Below, in pieces: positions 39,382 to 52,155 of a DNA stretch of 64,000 nucleotides (position 1 is the stretch's first letter; each line of letters begins with the position of its first letter). The stretch is from the NCBI GenBank assembly GCA_964016885.1, contig OZ024750.1:13578001-13642000 (forward strand), in the 5' to 3' direction. The stretch comes from Eledone cirrhosa. Lineage: Eukaryota. Below the pieces are notes generated by a model that searched no databases, had not been told where the DNA came from, and saw only the letters and a list, made by a program, of their open reading frames with translations. A program made the translations under genes and the position numbers.

Positions 39382-40222
39382 ATACTGTATATACTTAAAT
39401 ATAAGCCGACCCCCATTATTTTATGTCTGAGAAATGGGTAAAAATCTAAATCTTATTTATGTAGAATTTGAGATTGGTGAAAATCGTCAAAATATTGACC
39501 GTGAATATAAGACAACCCCCATTATTTTATGTATGAGAAATGGGTAAAAATCTAAATCTTATTTATGTAGAATTTGAAATTGGTGAAAATCGTCAAAATA
39601 TTGACCGTGAATATAAGACAACCCCCATTATTTTATGTATGAGAAATGGGTAAAAATCTAAATCTTATTTATGTAGAATTTGAAATTGGTGAAAATCGTC
39701 AAAATATTGACCTTGAATATAAGACAACCCCCATTATTTTATGTATGAGAAATGGGTAAAAATCTAAATCTTATTTATGTAGAATTTGAAATTGGTGAAA
39801 ATCGTCAAAATATTGACCGTGAATATAAGACAACCCCCATTATTTTATGTCTGAGAAATGGGTAAAAATCTAAATCTTATTTATGTAGAATTTGAAATTG
39901 GTGAAAATCGTCAAAATATTGACCTTGAATATAAGACAACCCCCATTATTTTATGTCTGAGAAATGGGTAAAAATCTAAATCTTATTTATGTAGAATTTG
40001 AAATTGGTGAAAATCGTCAAAATATTGACCGTGAATATAAGACAACCCCCATTATTTTATGTCTGAGAAATGGGTAAAAATTTAAATCTTATTCATACAG
40101 AATTTGAAGTTGGTGAAGATCATCAAAATATGGACCTCCAATATAAGCTGACCTCCCCACCTCACCCCAGTTCTACCATTGATCTCTTTTGGTTACATAT
40201 TCCACAGATTGGGCTTATATTC
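39382..40222. repeat. Tc1/mariner-superfamily MITE (family 3) with internal 106-bp tandem array, 7 units
   Basis: GAGAAATGGG at 39429, 39535, 39641, 39747, 39853, 39959, 40065; begins TACTGTATATACTTAAATATAAGCCGA; single-unit homologue at 54884-55095. Confidence 0.9.
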
Positions 40223-40359
40223 ATCATTTCATGCTCTCTTTGTTACCACCATTCCCTGATGCAACTCACAACATCAACTGATACCACATGAGAAAGAAAT
40301 CACTAAAAATATAAAAATAAATAGGAGAAAACGATATAAGGGTATTGACACCACAGTGG

Positions 40360-40700
40360 TATTTGATGGTGGAGATGGTGGGATGGTGGAGGAGAGATGG
40401 AGGTGGTGGAGAGATGGAGATGGTGGTAGAGGGATGGAGATGGTGGTGGAGGAGGAGAGATGGAGGTGGTGGAGAGATGGAAGTGTTGGTGGGATGGAAG
40501 TGTTGGTGGAATGGTGGTAGAAGAGAGATAGTGGTTGAGGAGAGAAGGTGGTAGCGAGATGGAGGTGGAGGAATGGTGGTGGAGGAGATACGGAGGTGGT
40601 GGAGAGATGGAAGTATTGGTGGGATGGTGGTGGAGGGATGGAGATGGTAGTGGAGGAGAGATGGAGGTAGTGGTGGTAGTGGGATGGAGCTGCTGATGGT
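40360..40700. repeat. Purine-rich GGT/GGA cryptic repeat
   Basis: GGAGGTGGTGGAGAGATGG units. Confidence 0.85.
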
Positions 40701-40805
40701 GTTTTTTAAGTGGGTGTTCCATCATCACCAACATAATATAACATCATCGCTTTCAGTAAAAAGATATAAAGGGCACCAAGATTATATATATATATAGATA
40801 TATAT

Positions 40806-41148
40806 GGAGGCACATGGCTTAGTAGTTAGAGCATTGGCCTTGCAATCGAAAGGTTGTGAGTTCAATTCTCAGACCGGGTGATGTGTTGTTTCCTTGAGCA
40901 AGACATTTTATTTCACATTGCTCCAGTTTACTCAGCTGTAGAAATGAGATGATAGGGACTGGGGTTGCTATCATTCCACTGCAAAGTGGTCGTGGAGGTG
41001 CCACGGCAAAAACGCACCCAGCCCCCACTGTAAATGAGGTTGGTGTTAGGAAGGGCATCCAGCTGTAGACATCAAGCCAGAATCAGTTCCCGTCCCACCC
41101 TTGCAAGCAGGGAAAAGTGGACGTAAAATGATGATGATGATATGATGA
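40806..41148 (+). mobile_element. tRNA-derived SINE family B, full length
   Basis: A box TGGCTTAGTAGTTAGAGC, B box GAGTTCAATTCT, CORE-like GTGTTGTTTCCTTGAGCAAGACA, GGAAGGGCATCC box, RTE-type tail and (ATG)n. Confidence 0.9.
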
Positions 41149-41196
41149 TATATATATATAAGTCTCAATTATTATATATATATACATAGTCTCAAC

Positions 41197-41246
<50 letters not shown>

Positions 41247-41346
41247 ATTCAGCGAGAATCGCATTTTCGGTGGGCAGGAGAAGCAAAGCGAAACGCAAAA
41301 ATCAGAAATGATACTGGCAAAGTGCTCAATAGTTAAAAACCAGAGC

Positions 41347-41474
<128 letters not shown>

Positions 41475-41602
41475 TATACACACACAGTATATCTCCCCAC
41501 CCCCACCTCATGCTCTACCATATTCCAGCACTGGTAAACCTTTTTCTCTCTCCCACAGCTGTAAAAACAAGATATTACACTCACTTTTAACATTTTCTTG
41601 TT

Positions 41603-41991
41603 GGTGGTGAAGATGGTGGTGGTGGTGGTGGTGTTATAGGTGTTGGTGGTGGTGGTGGTGGTGGTGATGGTGATGATGTTATAGGTGGTGGTAGTGGTGA
41701 TATAGGTGTTGGTAGTGGTGGTGGTGTTACAGGTGTTGGTAGTGGTGGTGGTGGTGTTATAGGTGTTGGTGGTGTTGGTGGTGGTGGTGGTGGTGATGGT
41801 GATGATGTTATAGGTGGTGGTAGTGGTGATATAGGTGTTGGTAGTGGTGGTGGTGTTACAGGTGTTGGTAGTGTTGGTGGTGGTGGTGGTGGTGATGATG
41901 TTATAGGTGCTGGTAGTAGTGGTGTTGTAGGTGTTGGTGGTGGTGTTGTAGGTGTTAGTGGTGATGTTATAGGTGTTGGTGTTGGTGTTGG

Positions 41992-42027
<36 letters not shown>

Positions 42028-43865
42028 AAGTGTTGGTAGTGGTGGGGAAGTTGTTGGAGGTAATGTTGTTGTTGGTGGTGATGATGATGTAGATGTTGGG
42101 AGTAGAGTTGCTCATGGTAGTGGTGGTGCTGTAAGTGATGTTGTTGTTGGAGTTGATGCTGCTGTTGGTAGGGTTGGTGCTCATGTTGGGCTGTGGTTTT
42201 GCTGGTGACCATGGTGGTGGTGGTGTAGTGGTGGTGGTGGTGGTGTAGTGGTGGTGGTGGTGGTGTAGTGGTGGTGGTGGTGTAGTAATGGTAGTTGTGG
42301 TGGTAGAAGAAATCATACTAGTGACTAACTAAATCACAGCAAGTGTTTGTTTGACTCAGCAACAAAAACAGCACCAAAACCACCACCAACAACAACAACA
42401 CCAACACCACCACCATCACCACCAGCAAAAACTATACCACCACCACCAACAACACCAGCAACAATGCCAATACCATCACCACCACCAACAACTACACCAT
42501 CACCACCAACAACAGCAACAACAATAATGGCAACAACCAAAACAACACCACCATCACCACCACTAACAACACCACAACCACCACCACAGCCACCACCACC
42601 ACCACCACCAATAACACCACACCCACCACCACCAACAATCCCACCACCACCACCAACAACAACAACACCACAACCACCACCACCAACAACATCACAGCCA
42701 CCACCAACAACAACACCACCACCACCAACACCACAACCACCACCACCACCACCACCAATAACACCAATAACACCACAGCCACCACCACCAACAATCCCAC
42801 CACCACCACCACCAACAACAACACCACCACCACCAACACCACAACCACCACCACCACCACCACCAATAACACCACACCCACCACCACCAACAATCCCACC
42901 ACCACCACCAACAACAACACCACAGCCACCACCACCAACAATCCCACCACCACCACCAACAACAACATCACAGCCACCACCACCAACAATCCCACCACCA
43001 CCACCACCACCAACAACAACAACACCACCACCAACACCACAACCACCACCACAGCCACCACCACCACCAATAACACCACACCCACCACCACCAACAATCC
43101 CACCACCACCACCAACAACAACACCACAGCCACCACCACCAACAATCCCACCACCACCAACAACAACAACAACAACAACAACCACCACAGCCACCACCAC
43201 CACCACCACCACCACCAATAACACCACACCCACCACCACCAACAATCCCACCACCACCACCAACAACAACACCACACCCACCACCACCAACAATCCCACC
43301 ACCACCACCAACAACAACACCACAGCCACCACCAATCCCACCACCACCACCAACAACAACATCACAGCCACCACCACCAACAACAACAACAACAACAACA
43401 ACAACAACCTTACTGAATACAAAGCAGCAAGATATTGTCAGTAAGGTGATATCTTTCTAATGTTTTATACAGATGCAATCATAAGGGATTGTTTATATCA
43501 CTACCACCACCGACACCGTCACCACCATCATCATCATCATCATCCACATTACAATCTACATCATCATCATCATCATCATCATCATCACCATCATTCTCAC
43601 CACCAACATCACCATCCACATCATTCTCACTGCCACTATCACTATCATCATCATCACCATCCACATCATTCTCACTGTCATCATCATCACCAGCATCCTT
43701 CTTACTGCCACTGTCATCATCAGCATTATCACCATCACCATTCACATCATTCTCACTACCACCATCATCATCATCATCTACATGATTCTCACTGCCACTA
43801 TCATCATCATCATCATCATCTTCATCATCATTGACATCATTATCCTGGTTGACACTGTCATCATC
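41603..43865. repeat. Trinucleotide field: (GGT/TGT)n 41603-42305, (CCA/CAA)n 42360-43408, (CAT/CAC)n 43498-43865
   Basis: Direct reading; polarity flips at about 42330. Confidence 0.95.
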
Positions 43866-43879
43866 CAAACCAACAGGAG

Positions 43880-44290
43880 TAGGATCAGTTAGTTGGAATT
43901 TGCAGTCGAAATGGTGCTACTTAACTTGTTGGAAGGTGATCTCCAGTATGCCCTTGATAGGTTTGCTGCCAAGTGCTGCATAGTAGGAATGAAAATCAGT
44001 GCTGCAAAGACTGAGACAATTGTCCTCTCATGAAAGCCTGCTCAGTGCACTTTACATGTGAGTCAAGTTTCACTGAAACAGATGGAGAAGTTCAAACATC
44101 TCAAGACCATTTCCAGTAGTGATGGAAGGCAGGAGGCTGAATTGCAGTAATGTGTCAGCTTCAGCAAAAGTAGGTAGGTGTAAAAACCAAACTCGCTATC
44201 TTTAATTTGGCATTAATGTCTGCTCTTACCTATTGTCATGAATCTTGGGTAATAACAGAAAGGATACGATTGCGAATACAAGCAACTGAA
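43880..44290 (+). mobile_element. Degenerate Expander-type RTE reverse-transcriptase fragment
   Basis: DLQYALDRFAAKCCIVGMKISAAKTETIVLS*KPAQCTLHVSQVSLKQMEKFKHL...ALTYCHESW. Confidence 0.75.
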
Positions 44291-45229
44291 TTGATGAAAG
44301 GCAAAATTGACCTCAGCAGAGTGTGAAAAAGAATACGGCAAATCATTCTATCCAATGTTCTAACAACTCTGCTAATTTTCCACCTCACAATTAGTGTAGC
44401 ATAAGTATAAACCTAACCATCTCCACCAATGTAATGGATGATAACAGCATTGTTTTCAAATATAAATTGATAACCAGTTTGACATTGGTATAAAAGACTA
44501 AAAGTCCAACAAAAACATGTTGTATATCACTGATAAAAGGTTATGTCAATGAAGGAAGTTAACCAAATCTCCAAATACAAAAATCTGGAGAGGGAAATGA
44601 GAAATGTATAAGAACTGTGTGTACAGTCATGGAGTCCTTAGGAATAATTTGTAAAGAAACAAAATATAAAAAGGGATCTTCAGGTAAACCTTTAAATAAG
44701 GCCCCATTTGACAGTAAACACATTCATAGGAAAACAGTTTATTTAATAAGAATGCTTATAACTACAAAAGTGCTCTGCATCAAGGTTACTGAGTGACTTT
44801 GGTATAGAGCAAGGGTCTCAAACGTGACTCGCAGGTCACATTTGGCCAGTAAACTACTTTTCTATGACCAGTGGCAGAACATTTGATACAGAAAATTTGT
44901 TCCTCTAAATTTTGTACTAATTGACATATCCTACTTACTATCATATGTGTATTTATTTTGATGTAAAAAAAAAATTATATATATATATATATAGCAGCCT
45001 ATCACCTGTATTGCAGATTAGTATTACAACTAGTAGAAATCAACCCCCACCCCACCTCATCTCACTTTTGGCCTGCTGTGCCTCTTGAGTCTTTGAGTTT
45101 CAGACCCCTGATATAGAGGAGTATGGGCACACTAATTAGGAAATAATTTCTTTTAATTCAGAAGAATTTTTGTAGGAGGGTTGAACAGAGGCAATTTTTA
45201 CAAAAAAATACTTGAACAACTACTGGGCT

Positions 45230-45515
45230 TTAACCCTTTAACATCTACATTACTCTACATTTACTATTGTATTTTCACGGTAAACACTTTACTTCACACA
45301 ATTATCTCACGTAATATCGAATCTATAAGATTTTGATATTATTTATTTTGAGAACAATACCTTAACATCGGTATGAGCAGCCAGTTACAGCCAGTTTGAA
45401 CAGAAAGAGGTGAGAGAATCCTGGCCAGATGTGGCTGGTTTAAATGCTAAAGGGTTAACATAAGTATAAGCAGCCGGCTATGGCCTTTTTGAAGAGGTGA
45501 GAATTCTGGCCGGAT
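45230..45515 (-). mobile_element. MITE-1 (45230-45458) plus one partial 91-bp-type unit
   Basis: TTAA-CCCTTTA...TAAAGGG-TTAA; 45459-45515 reversed matches the 28-kb array unit (CTTCAAAAAGGCCATAGCCGGCTG). Confidence 0.85.
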
Positions 45516-45829
45516 AGTATAATTTATGCTGTTATTTATCTCTGATTAAGCATACTTCTGTCAACTATGAATAATTAACTCAGCCAGTTAGTCATAAGCT
45601 TGTGTATTACATGTGTAAGTTCATTTACACATACGCAATACAAATACACTGATATTTAGTAGTTCACAAAGGTCATTTAGAATGTTTTCTATCTGAGAGA
45701 CAGTTTTCAACTACTAGAGGTAACTAGATAGGAATAAAATAGCTGAAATAGCAGAGTAGATAAAGTATAATTTATATTTCTTGTGTCTAAGTCTATTGTA
45801 AGCAATTTTGTAATATATTTCATAATATA

Positions 45830-46279
45830 ACTAACTTTCTCATTAAGTTGGTTTTTGAAGTTATGATGGAAAGGTTTTAGATAAATATAAACACTTTAAA
45901 ACAAACAGTATGATAAAACCAGGGGCAGTCTCAGACAGTTTTGTTCCATAGAACCAGGAGAGGTCTCAGAGAGTTTGGTACCATAAAACAAGAGACAGTT
46001 TGGTATCATAGAACCAGGGGAAGTCTCAGACAGTTTTGTACCATTGAACTGGAAGAGGTCTCAGACAGTTTGGTACCATAGAACAAAGGACAGCTTGGTA
46101 TCATAGAATCAAGGGTAGTCTAAGACAGTTTTATATCGTAGAACCAGGGGAGACCTAAAACAGTTTTGTACCATAGAACATGGCAGTTTGGTATCATAGA
46201 ATCAGGGGTAGTCTAAGACAGTTTTGTATCATAGAACCAGGGGAGGTTTAAGACAGTTTAGTATAAAAAAAAGGGTTAA
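45830..46279 (+). repeat. MITE-2 right portion with a tandemly expanded subterminal module
   Basis: CATAGAACCAGGGG.AGTCTCAGACAGTTT repeated about 11 times in long and short forms, ending AAGGG-TTAA; a single module in 5057-5414. Confidence 0.8.
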
Positions 46280-47091
46280 GTAATACACATTAAAAATTTC
46301 ATGAAATTATATAATACAATTATTGCAAGGAAGTCATTTTAGCTATTCAAAGACACACAAAAACTTACAGTATATTCTCAAATATAAGCTGACCTCCCCT
46401 CTCTATTTTATATCTGAGAAATGGGCAAAATTTCAAACCCCGTGCATTAACAGAGGCAGTTAATCAACACATTATGTTTAGAAAGAATCAAGCCAAGATT
46501 GTCTAAAGTTCACTTATACGGCAATTTCATAATAAATTCCAGGATATGATGTCTATAATCGATCTAATGATTGGGTTCAATCACCAATCATTGACCTTAG
46601 TAACAAGCATCATCAAGACCAGGGAATATCATTCATCAGTAATTGTTTAAGGTCTTACTATATATATATCTCACTGTACATTAGCTAATTGTTTAAGGTC
46701 TTGCAATATATATTTCACTGTACATTAACCAATTTACTGCCTAATAAAGATAATCAAACCAATGTCTCCCAGACGGCAGATATTACATGGCTGGTTAGGT
46801 TAAATCCATACATATAAAATGTATATTAATTAAGTTACTCAATAATCTAGACTTGATAAGGATTGTATATATATATATATAAACTTGTAGAGCAAATATT
46901 TATTATTATCACGGATTAAGAGTTAGCAAACAATCTCTGCCCTCACCCCAAGCGGGGTCAGATGAGATTGTTTGCTTAAACTTTTAATCTGTGCTAATAA
47001 TAAATATATAGTCCAACCCTTGCTATTAGGGAAAGCAGCCGTTAAAATGATGATGATGATGATGATATAAATATATGTGTGTGTGTGTGTG

Positions 47092-47310
47092 TAAAAGGTT
47101 AACAAAATAACAAAACAAACGGTCAGAAGAAATATATTAGTTTAATGCTTGAAAGAGCAGGAAGAGAGTCCTAATGTTTCAGACACTAGTCTTTCATCAG
47201 AAGATAGAATTAGAAATAGAAGATAAATAGAGATGAGAGGAAGGAACGGGGAAAATGGGAAAAAAAATTGGGGAGGAAAAAAGCAAGCCTGCGTATTCAG
47301 TCGGCCATAT
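47092..47310 (-). mobile_element. Penelope-like family 3 fragment with ultra-minimal hammerhead (47169-47204)
   Basis: Minus strand TCTT-CTGATGA-A-AGAC TAGT GTCT-GAAAC-ATT^AGGA. Confidence 0.65.
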
Positions 47311-47326
47311 ATATATATATATATAT

Positions 47327-47520
47327 ATAGGAACGAGTAGGACCCCGACGGCTGAGCTCAAGCCGTTTCAACGGCTAATTCAGTCCAGAATTAGCCGTCG
47401 AAACAACTTGAGCTCAGCTGTTGGGGTCCTACTTGTTCCTATTACCCACTCTACTACCCTAAGTATTGAGTACTTTGGTGCGTTATGGTCCATCTGGTTC
47501 CTTACCACATTTCCTTCGTT
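47327..47520. mobile_element. Penelope-like family 2 fragment with ~55-bp fold-back of the hammerhead 3' half
   Basis: Inverted repeat 47327-47381 / 47387-47442; the left arm reversed reads GAAA-CGGC-TTGAGCTCA-GCCG-TC^GGGGTCC. Confidence 0.65.
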
Positions 47521-47522
47521 AT

Positions 47523-47863
47523 GGAGGCACATGGCTTAGTGGTTAGAGCATTGGCCTTGCAATGGAAAGGTTGTGAGTTCAATTCTCAGACCAGGTGATG
47601 TGTTGTTTCCTTGAGCAAGACACTTTATTTCACATTGCTCCAGTTTACTCAGCTGTAGAAATGAGATGATTATGACTGGGGTCCATATCATTCCACTGTA
47701 AAGTGGACGTGGAGGTGCCATGGCAAAAAAGCACCCAGCACTCACTGTAAATGAGGTTGGTGTTAGGAAGGGCATCCAGCTGTAGAAATCAAGCCAGAAT
47801 CAGTTCCCGTCCCACCCTTGCAAGCAGGGAAAAGTGGACGTATGATGATGATGATGATGATGA

Positions 47864-47866
<3 letters not shown>
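47523..47866 (+). mobile_element. SINE family B, full length
   Basis: Match to 40806-41148. Confidence 0.9.
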
Positions 47867-47930
<64 letters not shown>

Positions 47931-48063
47931 TTGAACAATGATATCGTTTCAAAAGGTTGAATGAACCATGATAATATCTATATATTGGCTAATAGATAAC
48001 AGTTAGGTAACTCTATATTATCAATCTCAATTCAATAAATCCAATTTGTTACCTGTCAGGGTA

Positions 48064-48238
48064 TGTCTATAGGTGTTTCCATGTGTCCAGGTGTAGAAGA
48101 AAAAGAAAAACCACAAAATACTTGCAGAGCTAAGAGATACGGTAGACCTAAGAATAGCAAAGGTATATTTTTATTAAGAAGCAGGTGCCTACCCTAAACA
48201 GTTGGAGTGTCCTGGACATATGGGAACACCTGTACACA
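48064..48238 (+). promoter_or_regulatory. 28-bp RNA stem (48064-48091 / 48211-48238) enclosing a candidate 72-nt exon (48091-48162)
   Basis: 24 Watson-Crick pairs, 3 G-U pairs and 1 mismatch on the plus strand; CCAG|G acceptor inside the left arm; AAG|GTATAT donor. Confidence 0.45.
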
Positions 48239-48484
48239 GACTCAGCAAAACTGACAGAAAATTCATCTCCCTTTCACTTTCAACAAATATATAAAAATAT
48301 CATTATTAGACCCACCCCAATTTTTATTTTCTTGCTAGCAGGGGTTGGATGGGTGTGCTATAGTATACGTTATCACAGCATTTGTTGCAATCCTTCATCA
48401 TCTTTTTTGTTACATTCAGAATTCCGTGATAAGATCTCACCACTGTTTCCTCCATTTAACCTTCAGATTTCTGATACCCTTTTG

Positions 48485-48518
<34 letters not shown>

Positions 48519-48656
48519 TATGTAGATTTAACTTGACAGAAGCTTACCCCACTTTGGCTTTGTGGCAGTTACACACACACACACACACACACAGACACAC
48601 AAATATTAATATCACAGCAAATACTTAAATTTTACAAATTATAAAACTGTTTCTGT

Positions 48657-49027
48657 CATTGCCATCATCCTTATCACCATTATCACCGTCATCATAATCA
48701 TCACCATCATCATCATCATTATCATCACCATCATCATCACCATTATCATCATCATCATCACCATAATCATCACCATCATTATCATTATCATTATCACCAT
48801 AATCATCATCATCACCATCACCATTATTATTATTATCATCATCACTATCATTATTATCAACACCATCATCATCATCATCACCACCATTATCATTATCATC
48901 ACCATCATCATCATCATCACCACCATTATCATTATCATCACCATAATCATCATCATCATTATTATCATCATCACTATCATTATTATCAACACCATCACCA
49001 CCAACATCACCATAATCGTTATCATCA
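48657..49027. repeat. (CAT/TAT/CAC)n cryptic trinucleotide repeat
   Basis: Direct reading. Confidence 0.95.
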
Positions 49028-49495
49028 ACTTTTTTAATCCGTGACTGACATACTGTCATGGGTTAGTTAGAGTTTTCAATTTCACAGAAGACCCGGGTCG
49101 GGTCGTATAAAAAGAAACAAATAGAATGTTATAATAATCTTATTTTTGTAACAAACTTTTTTTTTCTTCTTTTCTCTCTAGCCATGTTTTTCTAAGAGCA
49201 ACAGAGGAGTTAACAGAAAGAGTTTAGTAAATAAGAACTATGAAGAGAACTAACAGACAAGAGATGCTTTTAACAATAGTAAAATTGTTTCACCAGCCTC
49301 AGCCAAAGTTATCAGACATTATTCACTCTAAATCTATTACACAAATATAAATCACATCTGTTCTTCTCTACACCACAAATATACACCAATATATCATATA
49401 CACAGCAAGGCAGCCATTAATTCATTCCCCAGATATCTCATATATTGTCTAAACTCTTTCTATTTCTTTCTTGCCTCCTTCTTATACAGTCTTAA

Positions 49496-49552
<57 letters not shown>

Positions 49553-49683
49553 CATCTGTGTACAGTATATATAAAATTTATCTTCAAAATTTCAGGGATT
49601 ATTTATGCTGCCTTACCACTATCTCTTTTTTTTTTTTCTCACTCCCTACCACCACCACCACCACTATACATACATACATACAT

Positions 49684-49714
<31 letters not shown>

Positions 49715-50336
49715 TATATATATACACATACACACACACGTGTGTGTGTGTGTATATTCTGGCATAGAAGCCAAGCCAAGCCAAAGACAGTTCTGTGTGA
49801 GCAAGACACGGTCACCTGACCTAACTTGTCTCGAACAGGACAACCCATCTAACCCATACTAGCATGGAAAAGTGGATGTTAAACGATGACGACGATGATG
49901 TATCGGATATATCGAATAATATCGAATCTATGAGATTTTGATATTACTTATTTTGAGAACAATACCCTAACATCAGTATGAGTGGCCAGTTATAGCCGGT
50001 TTAAACAGAAAGAGGTGAGAGAATTCTGGCCAAGTTAGGCCAGTTTAAGTGTTAAAGGGTTAATATAAACAGTTTTGTATCTTAGAACCAAGTGCAGTTT
50101 CAGGTGGTCTGTATCAAAAGGGTTAAATTGCTTGTTGGACACTTCTGGCAATAACACCTTTTCAGTCAACAGAGGGCTCTTTACATGGTCACTTAATCTG
50201 CTATAAATATCAACCAAATCTTTCTTAAACCACACTTGGCATTTGTTTTAGGAATTCCCCTATTATAATGAATATATGAAATGTTTACATAGAAACTCTC
50301 TTAGTTTGGCAGTTGCATGTAAATGTATGTATGTGC

Positions 50337-50370
<34 letters not shown>

Positions 50371-50542
50371 TATGAGGATGATTGAGCTTAATTTAATTCT
50401 TATCTACACTAATCGAAACATATGTACAAATATATGTTAATATGCTCATTTTTCTCTAATGTTATATATATATTGCCTCAAGTGGGAAAACCCCCGTCCA
50501 AACCCATGCAAGCGTGGAACACGGACGCTAAACCTGATGATG

Positions 50543-50619
<77 letters not shown>

Positions 50620-50625
<6 letters not shown>

Positions 50626-50978
50626 TTAGTGGTTAGAGAGAGATGGCTTAGTGGTTAGAGCATTGGTCTTACAATCGAAAGGTTGTGAGTTTAATTCTCA
50701 GACCGGGTGTGTGTTGTTTCCTCTAGCAAGGCACTTTATTTCACATTTACTCCAGTTTACTCAGCTGTAGAAATGAGATGATAGGACTGGGCTCCATATC
50801 ATTCCACTGCAAAGTGGTCGTGGAGGTGCCACAGCAAAGCACCCAGCACTCACTGTAAATGAGGTTGGTGTTAGGAAGGGCATCCACCTGTAGAAATCAA
50901 GCCAGAATCAGTTCCCGTCCCACCCTTGCAAGCAGGGAAAAGCGGACGTAAAATGATGATGATGATGACGATGATGAT
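50620..50978 (+). mobile_element. SINE family B with duplicated 5' A-box segment
   Basis: ATGGCTTAGTGGTTAGAG occurs twice (50621, 50643) after a (GA)n tract. Confidence 0.85.
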
Positions 50979-51069
50979 ATATATATATTATCCTTATCGA
51001 ACCCTCTTCGGATTTTAGTCTTCACATTTATTATTATAAATATATATATATATATATATATAATAATCT

Positions 51070-51898
51070 AAAAATGAAAGGCAGGCTGTATGATGCCTGC
51101 ATATGAACAGCAATGTTACATGGCAGTGAGACCTGGGCATTGTGTGCAGAGGATATACGCAGACTGGAGAGAAACGAAGCTTGCATGCTCCGCTGGATGT
51201 GTAATAGTAATATACGTGAAAAGCAAAGCATAAATGAACCAAGGGAGAAATTAGGAATAAAAGGGATCAGATGTTGTTTACTCGAGAGAAGACTACGTTG
51301 GTACGGTCACGTGATGCGCATGAAAGACGACAGCTGTATAAAAAAGTGCAGGGCGATAAAAATAGACGGTAGCCACGGAGTAGGCAGACCCAGAAAAACC
51401 TGGGACGACTTGATAAATTCCGACCTCACACACTTACACCTCTCCAAGACAATGTCACTGGACCAAGATCTTTGGTGCTACACAGTCATACAGAAGACCC
51501 GCCTTGCCTAAGTACAAAGCAAAACCTACAGTCAGTAGGCACCTCTAACAAAATACACCCCGGTCCCACTACCCCCACCACATCCACACCACCCCCTTAA
51601 ATGTGAAGTTATGTTGGTACCACAACATCCAGTCCGAAACAAATGAGGTTGTGTAGGTGTCACGACAAAAAAAACACACAGTCCACGCTGTAATGTGGCC
51701 GTGTAGGTAACACGGTAAAAACCTCCCAGCCCCACACTGTAAACGTGGTTGGTGTTAGGAAAGGCATCCAGCCGTAGAAAACCCGCCAGACAGTCCTATA
51801 CGAGCAGGACAACAGATCTTGCCTCAAGTGGGAAAACTCCCGTCCAAACCATGCAAGCATGGAAGATGGACGTTAAACGATGATGATGATGATGATGA
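51070..51898 (+). mobile_element. RTE LINE 3' part: ORF C-terminus (stop at 51511) continuous with the ~390-nt family D 3' UTR
   Basis: KGRLY...MLHGSETW...RRLRWYGHVMRM...GRPRKTWDD; no microsatellite break between the stop and the family D sequence; (GAT)n tail. Confidence 0.9.
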
Positions 51899-51962
51899 TA
51901 TATATATATCATCATCACTTAACATCCATTTTTTTTCATGCTAGCATGGGTTAGACAGGATC

Positions 51963-52014
<52 letters not shown>

Positions 52015-52155
52015 AAATGATGTATTTTAACTGTCAAGCTAATGTATCTGCAATAAGTAGACGATGTGCAACATCTGTTAGTAATATGTGATTCTTTAAC
52101 TTTTCACTTCTCTCATCACGACATCACAGACTGTAGAAGGATTCACAGAATAATA

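Noticed and set aside
40806-40880. tRNA genes at SINE heads
   Set aside because: A and B boxes are present but there is no complete cloverleaf, and each continues into SINE body sequence.
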